Below are positions 52,873-60,713 of a stretch of 64,000 bases of DNA, in pieces (position 1 is the stretch's first letter; each line of letters starts with the position of its first letter). The position numbers and the translations under genes were made by a program. The stretch covers positions 5,033 through 69,032 of the forward strand of contig JAJRSM010000030.1 of the NCBI GenBank assembly GCA_024278765.1, in the 5' to 3' direction. Under the pieces are notes generated by a model. The model searched no databases. It saw nothing but the letters and a program-made list of their open reading frames with translations, and had not been told where the DNA came from. Source of the stretch: Deltaproteobacteria bacterium (GTDB lineage: Bacteria; Desulfobacterota; GWC2-55-46; DRQE01).

Positions 52873-54974
52873 CGATCTTTATGACATACGGCTCGCTCTT
52901 TGGTGCTTTGGCGTCTCTGGCTCTGGCCTTTTTTGTAGTCTTTAGGAGTGCCAGAGGCTATGCCAATATGAGCTTCTTTGCTGTGTTATGTCTGCTAGCC
53001 GTTGTTCAGCTCGCAGGTTTTATGTCTAGTCAGATCCTGCCGTATGCGACCTCTTTTTTCTGGCTGAGAATCTCGATAATGGCAGAGATATGCCTGCCAG
53101 TGCCGCTCTTGATCTTCTCGCTGACCTTTGCTAGAACAGATCGTGAGGCCCTCGTGCGTTATAAGCTGGTTGTATGGGGGCTGGTGGCCGCGACGGTTGC
53201 CTTCTTTATTATATTTATCTTTAGTTATAATCTTTTTGCCTCTACCGCAAGCGTCTACAGCGAACTGTTGATGCTTGGCAGGGTTGGTTATATTTATTTT
53301 GTTGTCTTCTTTCTGACCCTTATCTTTGTGATCATAAATCTGGAGCATACCCTGCGTGCATCATCCGGGGTCTCCAGGTGGAAGATAAAGTACCTTATAA
53401 TAGGACTTGGAATGATCTCGGTTTTTTACCTGTATCTTACCAGCCATACGTTGTTTTACCGTGTTGTTGACCCGGGCCTTATGCCTGTTAAGGGTACAAT
53501 AACGCTTATCGCATCTCTGCTGATGGCCCTCTCGCTTGTTCGTAACAGGCTGATGGATATCAATGTCGTAGTGTCACGCTATATTATCTATAACTCGGTC
53601 TCGCTCTTTGTCGTTGCAGCTTACTTATTAGCCATGGGTGTTGTCGGAGAGGGTATTAAGCGTTTTGGCGGTGATTTTGTTCAGTATCTATACCTGCTCT
53701 TTATCTTTGTTGCAATAGCCGGTCTTGTTGTCTTGCTTATGTCCGATAAACTCAGGCGCAGCCTGAAGGTCTCGATTGATAAACATTTCTATAGGGATAA
53801 ATTTGATTACAGGGCCCAGTGGCTTAAACTTACCCAAGAGCTAAGTTCTATCGATAATATAGCCGGGTTGCACATGGCTATATTACAGTCTCTGCGCGAT
53901 ACCGGCGGTTCAAATAACGCCACCTTATGGCTCTATGATATAGATGAAGATATCTTTAATCCTGTCGAGACCTACGGCGTAACGCTTAAAAAAAGTTATC
54001 TAATAAAGGGGCAGGCCGAGCTTGTTGATCAGCTACGTGTTAAAGAGTGGATCATTAATCTAAAGGAGTTTGATGGCAGCGGGCAGGCTCATTACATAGG
54101 GACTGATAATGCCGCCATCTTTGATGAGATAAAGGCTGCGCTGCTTGTACCTCTGAAGAGCGGGGAAGAGTTCCTTGGTTTCGTAGCCCTTGGCGATCGG
54201 ATAGTAGGGGACGTCTACAACTACGAGGACTATGATATACTTAAGACTATGGCTCGTCAGGCCGCAAGCAGTATCCTTAATCTAAAGCAGAGCGAAGAGC
54301 TTGCGCATTCAAGAGAGATGGAGGCCTTTAATAAGATCTCGTCTTTTATAATGCATGATCTTAAGAATCTGACGCATACTTTATCGTTAGTGGCACAGAA
54401 CGCCGCTGCCAATATGGATAATCCGGAGTTTCGCGAGGACGCGATAACGACGATAGACGATACCGTTGCCAAGATGAAGAAACTCATGGCCAGGTTATCG
54501 ACGATGCCAAAGACGGCGGAGACCATTGAGCTACGAAAAAAAGAGGTCGATCCGAACGCAGTCGTTCAGAAGACCATAGATGGTTTTTATGTTAACGGGC
54601 TAAGGAGTATAAATCTGATCAAAGAGCTCGCGCCGCTGCCAAAGGTATTGATGGACCCCGATGAGATACAGAAGGTTCTGCATAATATGTTGATAAATGC
54701 GGCTGAGGTCCTGGAAGGCCAAGGAAGTATAAAGGTGCGGACTGCTTTGGTTACCGACTCGATAAATATTTCGGTAGAGGACGATGGCCCGGGGATGAGT
54801 CGCGAGTTTATTTCGCGCTCTCTTTTTAAGCCCTTTATGACTACAAAGAAAAAGGGAATAGGTATCGGGCTTTTTCAGAGTAAAGCAATAGTCGAGGCCC
54901 ATAAAGGAACAATCGAGGTTGAGAGCGAAGAAGGTAAGGGTGCTGTATTTACGGTGGTATTGCCATGCACCTAG
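52869..54974 (+). CDS. prsK: PEP-CTERM system sensor histidine kinase PrsK
   Basis: TTG start overlaps the epsI stop. About 8 N-terminal TM segments, a GAF-like region, H-box FIMHDLKN, and an HATPase domain (NMLINAAE, DDGPGM, GIGIGL). Confidence 0.85.
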   Translation: MTIFMTYGSLFGALASLALAFFVVFRSARGYANMSFFAVLCLLAVVQLAGFMSSQILPYATSFFWLRISIMAEICLPVPLLIFSLTFARTDREALVRYKLVVWGLVAATVAFFIIFIFSYNLFASTASVYSELLMLGRVGYIYFVVFFLTLIFVIINLEHTLRASSGVSRWKIKYLIIGLGMISVFYLYLTSHTLFYRVVDPGLMPVKGTITLIASLLMALSLVRNRLMDINVVVSRYIIYNSVSLFVVAAYLLAMGVVGEGIKRFGGDFVQYLYLLFIFVAIAGLVVLLMSDKLRRSLKVSIDKHFYRDKFDYRAQWLKLTQELSSIDNIAGLHMAILQSLRDTGGSNNATLWLYDIDEDIFNPVETYGVTLKKSYLIKGQAELVDQLRVKEWIINLKEFDGSGQAHYIGTDNAAIFDEIKAALLVPLKSGEEFLGFVALGDRIVGDVYNYEDYDILKTMARQAASSILNLKQSEELAHSREMEAFNKISSFIMHDLKNLTHTLSLVAQNAAANMDNPEFREDAITTIDDTVAKMKKLMARLSTMPKTAETIELRKKEVDPNAVVQKTIDGFYVNGLRSINLIKELAPLPKVLMDPDEIQKVLHNMLINAAEVLEGQGSIKVRTALVTDSINISVEDDGPGMSREFISRSLFKPFMTTKKKGIGIGLFQSKAIVEAHKGTIEVESEEGKGAVFTVVLPCT

Positions 54975-54999
54975 TGAGAATTACGCCCGGGAGAGGTAA

Positions 55000-56370
55000 A
55001 TGACAAAACAGATATTAATGATAGTTGAAGATGATCTGTCTATAAGAAAACAGATGAAGTGGGCTCTGGCCGCAGATTACGAGATTATAACCGTAGGAGG
55101 TCGTAAAGAGGCCCTAGATGCCGCCGTAAAGGGTGCTCAGGTCGTGACCTTGGATCTAGGGCTACCCCCTGATGCCGACGGTGCGGGAGAGGGGCTATTA
55201 TGCCTGAAGGAACTCTTGAGGATAGATCCATATCTTAAGGTGATTATTATAACCGGCAATACAGATAAGGCTAATGCCCACGAGGGTATTTCAAGCGGGG
55301 CTTACGATTATATGTCCAAGCCCGTTGATATGGATGAGCTAAGGATAGTGCTTAAAAGGGCCTTTCACGTTGCTGAGATAGAGCGGGAGAATAAAGAGCT
55401 TAAAGGGAAGGCTGGGATAGATGCCGTCTTTGAGGATATCCTCGGTACGAGCAGCTCTATGCAGGATATATTCTCTCTTATTACAAAGGTAGCTCCAACC
55501 GATGTGCCGGTCCTTATAACAGGGGAGAGCGGCACAGGCAAAGAACTCGTAGCTAGAGCCATACATAGGAGAAGCTCGCGCAAGGACGAACCCTTTATTG
55601 CGATCAACTGCGGGGCGATACCCGAGAACCTGCTTGAGTCCGAGCTCTTTGGGCATGAAAAGGGGGCATTTACCGGTGCTCACGCTCTAAAATTAGGTAA
55701 GGTAGAGCTTGCCAATAAAGGTACTATCTTCTTTGACGAGGTCGGCGAGCTGCCGTTGCAGCTTCAGGTAAAGCTCCTGCGTTTTCTGCAAGAACAGGAG
55801 ATTGAACGTATCGGTGGAAAGAAGACGATCAAGGTAGATGTCAGGGTCTTGGCCGCTACAAACAGGGATCTGGAACAATGCATTGCTGAGGGCTCTTTTA
55901 GAGAAGATATGTATTACAGGTTATCCCTTATACATACAAAGATTCCACCATTAAGAGAACGTAAAGATGATGTTATTCTCTGTGCCATGGCTTTTTTGCA
56001 GAGGTTTGCCAAGGAGCATGGAAAGAGCTTTAAAGGCTTCACCACCGCAGCTGTTGATGCGATAGGGGGTTATCGTTGGCCAGGCAATGTACGTGAGTTG
56101 GAAAACAGGATAAAAAGGGCCGTAATCATGGCTGAGGGCAAGAGGATAACCGATAAGGATCTCTTAATTAGCCTGGGCGGTGACGAAGAGGTCAATACTG
56201 ACGAAATTGTTACACTCAAGGACAACAGAGAGGTCGCCGAAAAAGAGTTTATAGGAAGGGCTCTTCTGCGTCACAGCGGCAATATCAGTCGAACGGCAAC
56301 AGAGCTGAGTGTTAGCAGACCGACCCTATATGATCTTATGAAGAAACACGGTTTAGGAAGTATGGAGTGA
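55000..56370 (+). CDS. prsR: PEP-CTERM system sigma-54-dependent response regulator PrsR
   Basis: Receiver domain (MIVEDD...VVTLDLGLPP...K), AAA+ Walker A GESGTGKE, GAFTGA motif, and a C-terminal Fis-type HTH (ISRTATELSVSRPTLYDLMKKHG). Confidence 0.9.
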   Translation: MTKQILMIVEDDLSIRKQMKWALAADYEIITVGGRKEALDAAVKGAQVVTLDLGLPPDADGAGEGLLCLKELLRIDPYLKVIIITGNTDKANAHEGISSGAYDYMSKPVDMDELRIVLKRAFHVAEIERENKELKGKAGIDAVFEDILGTSSSMQDIFSLITKVAPTDVPVLITGESGTGKELVARAIHRRSSRKDEPFIAINCGAIPENLLESELFGHEKGAFTGAHALKLGKVELANKGTIFFDEVGELPLQLQVKLLRFLQEQEIERIGGKKTIKVDVRVLAATNRDLEQCIAEGSFREDMYYRLSLIHTKIPPLRERKDDVILCAMAFLQRFAKEHGKSFKGFTTAAVDAIGGYRWPGNVRELENRIKRAVIMAEGKRITDKDLLISLGGDEEVNTDEIVTLKDNREVAEKEFIGRALLRHSGNISRTATELSVSRPTLYDLMKKHGLGSME

Positions 56371-56375
56371 AAAAG

Positions 56376-56422
56376 TGTCGGTTTTTTTTACACATAAATT
56401 AAATTAGAATTTCTTATTTTTC
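56376..56422 (+). promoter_or_regulatory. Bipartite upstream element, copy 1 (candidate enhancer/UAS for the sigma-54 promoter at 56484)
   Basis: Block 1 is TGTCGGTTTTTTTTACA (56376-56392). Block 2 is TTAGAATTTCTTATTTTTC (56404-56422). Both recur upstream of the second sigma-54 promoter. Confidence 0.5.
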
Positions 56423-56483
56423 TGCCTTGATAATTTATTAATGAAAACAACTACTTTGCTGTTACCATTAATACATCTGTGAT

Positions 56484-56499
56484 TGGCACGTTAATTGCA
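56484..56499 (+). promoter_or_regulatory. Sigma-54 (-24/-12) promoter upstream of the zinc-ribbon PilZ gene
   Basis: TGGCAC-gttaa-TTGCA, a perfect match to TGGCAC-N5-TTGCW. Lies about 110-125 nt upstream of the start codon. Confidence 0.75.
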
Positions 56500-56606
56500 G
56501 TGTTACGTATGAAGACCAGATGAGTAGTTTGTTGGTCAGGAAATTGAAAAAAGTCTAAAGCCTTTGCCGTTAGCTTCCGATAATGGTAGTATAGGGTGAA
56601 TGAAAA

Positions 56607-57002
56607 TTGGAGGCCATAGGCAACGTGTCAAAGTTAACCAGATTGTGTCCGAGTTGCAGAAAGGTTTTTTACGCTACCAGCGATAAAGATACTCATACCT
56701 GTCCTAACTGTGGATACTCATTTGTAAAGAAGAGGTCCTTTCAGAGAATCCCTAGAACAGTCGAGTGCGCCTTTATATATAAAGGTGTCAGGTATCCGGC
56801 CCTTACAAAGAACGTCTCAGATAGCGGTGTATGCATTGAGTATAGCTTCTCAGACGAGCATGTGCCCCAGGATGCAATACTTGGTTTCTTCAGCCGTCCT
56901 CTTGATATCGAGACCCCGGCTCAGATGGTCTGGGTAAAGGATCTGGAACGAGGCAAGACAGTAGCCGGTCTTAAGTATTTAAAGACCGAGACCCCTGAGT
57001 AG
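56607..57002 (+). CDS. Zinc-ribbon + PilZ domain protein
   Basis: CPSC...CPNC zinc ribbon. Canonical PilZ motifs RSFQR (RxxxR) and NVSDSG (D/NxSxxG), 24 aa apart. Start TTG 56607, or in-frame GTG 56625 which lies 11 nt after GGAGG. Confidence 0.8.
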   Translation: MEAIGNVSKLTRLCPSCRKVFYATSDKDTHTCPNCGYSFVKKRSFQRIPRTVECAFIYKGVRYPALTKNVSDSGVCIEYSFSDEHVPQDAILGFFSRPLDIETPAQMVWVKDLERGKTVAGLKYLKTETPE

Positions 57003-57063
57003 TCCAAAAGGGCAGGGAGTTTTTACTCACGCCCTTCCAAGAGTCCTTCCATTCGTAGTCTAT

Positions 57064-57717
57064 ATGGCCTTTATCGCCCTGGAGCAGGGGATAGGGGCGT
57101 TATCAGAGACCTTTCCATTTTTAGCCTCATTCTCAACATATGATCACCTGGTCTTTTATCCTATCAAGACCATCCTTATAGCAATCATCCTTATAATTTT
57201 GTGGCGTCGTTACGATGAACTTCGCGGTACTTCCTGGTTTGCACCAAAAGACCTGTTGGCTGCGCTCATAACCGGGGTTGTCGTCTTTGTTATATGGATT
57301 AATCTGGACCTGCCGTATATAAGGATGGGCGGCGGGGCCGAGGGCTTTAATCCGTACGAGTTGGAATACGGCGGCGCGATTGTAATGGGTATAATCGCTT
57401 TCAGACTCTTTGGCGCATCTATTATAGTACCGATCTTTGAAGAGCTCTTCTGGAGGTCTTTTATTATGAGGTACTTAATTGATGCCAATATCAGTAAGGT
57501 CGCGCTCGGCGCATTTACCGCCTTCTCTTTTATTGGCACTATCGTCCTCTTTGGTCTGGAGCATCATCTTTGGCTCGCAGGCATGATAGCGGGCCTTATA
57601 TACGGAGCTCTGCTCTTATACACCAAGAACCTCAAATCCTGCATTATCTCTCACGGTATTACAAACCTTTTGCTCGGAATATACGTCCTTCATAGTGGTA
57701 ATTGGCAGCTTTGGTAG
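57064..57717 (+). CDS. CPBP (CAAX/Abi) family intramembrane protease, PEP-CTERM-locus associated type
   Basis: Polytopic. EELFWRSF (EExxxR), LEHHLW and ISHGITN (HxxxN) motifs. Confidence 0.8.
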   Translation: MAFIALEQGIGALSETFPFLASFSTYDHLVFYPIKTILIAIILIILWRRYDELRGTSWFAPKDLLAALITGVVVFVIWINLDLPYIRMGGGAEGFNPYELEYGGAIVMGIIAFRLFGASIIVPIFEELFWRSFIMRYLIDANISKVALGAFTAFSFIGTIVLFGLEHHLWLAGMIAGLIYGALLLYTKNLKSCIISHGITNLLLGIYVLHSGNWQLW

Positions 57718-57731
57718 GTCTTGGTTGGAAT

Positions 57732-57753
57732 TCTGTTTAGAATCTGTTTAGAA
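57732..57753 (+). repeat. Perfect tandem 11-mer TCTGTTTAGAA x2
   Basis: Read directly. Lies 15 nt after the CPBP stop codon. Confidence 0.9.
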
Positions 57754-58053
57754 AACGAATAAATGTTGCTGTCGTTTTGTTAGTCATTAATAGTCTTTGG
57801 CTGCAAATAAGGTCTGTCTTGAGTTTGCGAAGAGCTTAAAGTGACGAAGTGATTTTCTGGTTATTTTTATTTTTTTGATGGTTTGTCTTTGGGAAGTCCC
57901 TTAACCTTAGATGGTGTCGGAAAATATTACACTTTTCTTATTCTAAAAGCTTAAATAAATCAGATAGTTATGCAGTGTTGGAGATATATCCCCACTTATA
58001 TGTACATTTTTATGGTGTTCCAGAGAGATAATGGACTTTATTAATATTTTCAA

Positions 58054-58094
58054 TGTCGGTTTTCTTTACAGTTTTTAGAATTTGCTATTATTTC
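58054..58094 (+). promoter_or_regulatory. Bipartite upstream element, copy 2 (candidate enhancer/UAS for the sigma-54 promoter at 58186)
   Basis: Block 1 is TGTCGGTTTTCTTTACA (58054-58070; 16/17 identical to copy 1). Block 2 is TTAGAATTTGCTATTATTTC (58075-58094; identical 9-mer, 15/19 ungapped). Confidence 0.5.
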
Positions 58095-58144
58095 GTGAAT
58101 AAAATCTTTTGGCCTGACGAACTTGCAGTGAGTAAACCTAGACA

Positions 58145-58157
58145 TATCAACGACTTA
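58145..58157 (+). promoter_or_regulatory. IHF-consensus-like site between the upstream element and the -24/-12 promoter
   Basis: TATCAACGACTTA fits WATCAANNNNTTR. Lies about 30-40 bp upstream of the -24 element. Confidence 0.3.
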
Positions 58158-58185
58158 CAATTATTTTCCGTTGATGCTTTGAAGT

Positions 58186-58201
58186 TGGCACGCTGCTTGC
58201 A
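58186..58201 (+). promoter_or_regulatory. Sigma-54 (-24/-12) promoter upstream of the PEP-CTERM protein gene
   Basis: TGGCAC-gctgc-TTGCA. Lies about 100 nt upstream of ATG 58300. Confidence 0.8.
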
Positions 58202-58299
58202 GTAGTTACTATCCGTAAAGAGCATACAGGCATTCTTCTTATATATTATAGAAGATTTTATAGATAAAACATTAAAAGGCAACATAGGGAGGAATTACA

Positions 58300-59172
58300 A
58301 TGAAGAAGTTAGGTTTATTAACAGCGGTGGCGGCATTGGCATTATTTGCCTTTAGCACACCTGCAATGGCATTACCGACATTGCAACAGTATGAGCCCAC
58401 CAAGATGAAATTTACCAACTATGAGCGTTGGGCACTTGAGGGAGGGGCCAAAGGAGATCAATCTGACTCCGATTCTGCTAACTGGACGTATTCTGCGGGT
58501 GATAAAAACAGAAACGGTATACTGGATGCAGGCGATGTTATAGAAGGTGTGCTGAACGTTACAACTATCACTGACATACCAGAAGTTGATACAACTTGGG
58601 TAGACGGTGCTGGCGGAGACGAGCTTACAGGTACTTTTCAGTTTACAGTAACAGCTGGATCAATGTTAGATGCAGGTGGCATATCATTTGGCCTTGGTGG
58701 AGCGGGTGATCATTTTAGACTTTTTTATGACACGGTAGATGATTACGATCCGACACAGGCTGATGCTTGGGCAAGGGCCTCAGGCGGTATGCTGTATGCA
58801 GAAGTGTTGGGTGCAGACCTAATTGAAGCTGGTGCAAAGGATCTTACTCCGGGTAATACACAGACACAGTGGTGGTTTGATCTAACGACCAACAATACAG
58901 GGTATAATATCATTCCTCAGCTCTGGCCGGAGATGGCTAATGGTCCTGGAACAGGCCCACATCTAACTCCAACTGGCTGGCATCCAGCTGGACATACTTC
59001 AGAGATCTATCTTGAGGGAAGCCTTTATGGCTCAACTCTTGCTAACTGGGACTGGAGAAGTGAGGACCCTGCTTATCTCTATGCCGTACCAGAGCCAAGC
59101 ACAATAATTCTTCTTGGATCAGGACTTCTCGGAGCAGGCATATATAGCTGGAGAAGGAAGAAAAAGAGTTAA
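58300..59172 (+). CDS. PEP-CTERM sorting-signal protein (exosortase substrate)
   Basis: GGGAGG RBS. Signal peptide ...STPAMA|L. C-terminal VPEPSTIILLGSGLLGAGIYSWRRKKKS is the PEP motif + TM helix + basic cluster. Confidence 0.9.
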   Translation: MKKLGLLTAVAALALFAFSTPAMALPTLQQYEPTKMKFTNYERWALEGGAKGDQSDSDSANWTYSAGDKNRNGILDAGDVIEGVLNVTTITDIPEVDTTWVDGAGGDELTGTFQFTVTAGSMLDAGGISFGLGGAGDHFRLFYDTVDDYDPTQADAWARASGGMLYAEVLGADLIEAGAKDLTPGNTQTQWWFDLTTNNTGYNIIPQLWPEMANGPGTGPHLTPTGWHPAGHTSEIYLEGSLYGSTLANWDWRSEDPAYLYAVPEPSTIILLGSGLLGAGIYSWRRKKKS

Positions 59173-59198
59173 TAACTTTTCATTAAATAAACTTAAAA

Positions 59199-59228
59199 GG
59201 CGGGCTATTAAATAGCCCGCCTTTTTTT
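59199..59228 (+). terminator. Rho-independent terminator after the PEP-CTERM protein gene
   Basis: GGCGGGCTAT-taa-ATAGCCCGCC (10-bp perfect stem) followed by TTTTTTT. An A-run upstream makes it potentially bidirectional. Confidence 0.9.
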
Positions 59229-59501
59229 ATTTCTATTTCTCTCAGTTGTCTTGAAAGGCCTAGGTTTTGTCTTTGATTCTAACCTTTTACTTTATAGCTC
59301 GATTACATTACAGGCTTATCATCCAAGCCGTATTTTAGCGTAGTAGTTGCAAAAGTTACGTCTCTGTTATATTCTGTTATAAGGAATTGTCTCTTGGCTT
59401 TGAGTAGATGATCAATAGAGAGCCTGCTCATATACTGTTTTTTATCCGTTTAAATTATACCCATGGCTTAGAGTTTTAGAGTCTCGTCTTCGGAGTTATT
59501 G

Positions 59502-60707
59502 ATGAAGATCCTTATTATGCCGTATACCCCTACGCTTTCTCATATTAGCCGTCCGCTATTAATAGCCGAAGAGCTACGAAGAAGAGGGCATGAGATTATC
59601 TTTGCCGGAGAGTCTTCTAAGGTGAGTTTTATTCGTGACGCCGGCTTTGAGGTCTTGCCAACTTACGAACCAGATCCAGAGGTTTTATTTGCCAATATAC
59701 GTAAAGGAAAGATGCGTTTTGTCGAAGATAATGTTATTGAGCGTATGATAGAGGCTGATTTGGCTTTGTTTAAAGAGGTCAATCCAGATATTGTACTCAC
59801 AGACGGAAGGTTCTCGGCAAGGATATCGACTCATATCGCAGGGATTAAGCACGTCGCAGTTGTAAATGTATCTTCTACTGAGTATAGGGCAGAGCCCTAT
59901 ATCCCTTTTTTTGATTTTATACCTGATAGTTTACATCTTGGTAAGCCTAGGGATTACCTTAATTTAAAGCTTGAGATTGCTATATTTGACAGTGTTATGG
60001 GTATTTTTAAGAAGCTAAGCAGGCACTACGGTATAAAAGATACCGTAACGGCGACGAACTGCCTGACGGGTAAGGACTACACATTATTGCCTGATATCCC
60101 TGAATACTTTCCGACAAAAAAAATACCGAAGAATTATCGTTATATTGGTCCTATCACATGGAATAGCAAACTGTCTGAGCCAGGGTGGTGGCCTCCGAAG
60201 AAAAATGGCAGAAAACTTATTTATATCTCTACTGGGACTACAGGGATAGGTGACTTTTTCTCTATTATATATGATTTGCTGAAAAATGATTTGCAATTTA
60301 CCTCAATAATAACTACCGGAGCTCAATCAAAGAAGTTAAAGACAATTGACGGAAGGCTCTACGTTGAGGATTTTATGGACGGTGATCTTGCAATTGACGC
60401 CGCTGACATTGTAGTCTGTCACGGTGGTAACGGAACGATATATCAGGCCTTGCAGCAAGGAAAGCCCATAATCGGTATACCTACAATCCCTGATCAGAAG
60501 TTTAATATGAGGCGTGTCGAGGCACTTGGGCTTGGCAGAACCTTAGCGTGGAAAGATTTTGAGAGTTCTCCTGAAAGTCTGCTGGAATTGATAACAGAGG
60601 TTTGCGAAGATGAATCTATAAAGGATAATCTCTCAAAATTTAAAGAGCTTTTAGATCAGTATCATGCACCTTCAATTGCTTCAGATATTATCGAAGGTTT
60701 AGCTTGA
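59502..60707 (+). CDS. GT1-family (UDP-glycosyltransferase/MGT-like) glycosyltransferase
   Basis: C-terminal nucleotide-sugar block DIVVCHGGNGTIYQALQQGKPIIGIPTIPDQKFN. About 400 aa, GT-B size. ATG 59502 follows TTG 59499. Confidence 0.75.
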   Translation: MKILIMPYTPTLSHISRPLLIAEELRRRGHEIIFAGESSKVSFIRDAGFEVLPTYEPDPEVLFANIRKGKMRFVEDNVIERMIEADLALFKEVNPDIVLTDGRFSARISTHIAGIKHVAVVNVSSTEYRAEPYIPFFDFIPDSLHLGKPRDYLNLKLEIAIFDSVMGIFKKLSRHYGIKDTVTATNCLTGKDYTLLPDIPEYFPTKKIPKNYRYIGPITWNSKLSEPGWWPPKKNGRKLIYISTGTTGIGDFFSIIYDLLKNDLQFTSIITTGAQSKKLKTIDGRLYVEDFMDGDLAIDAADIVVCHGGNGTIYQALQQGKPIIGIPTIPDQKFNMRRVEALGLGRTLAWKDFESSPESLLELITEVCEDESIKDNLSKFKELLDQYHAPSIASDIIEGLA

Positions 60708-60713
60708 TCTATT

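Noticed and set aside
58088-58285. 65-aa - strand ORF in the PEP-CTERM upstream region
   Set aside because: It spans the sigma-54 promoter and the RBS of the + strand gene. No motif, AT-rich chance ORF.
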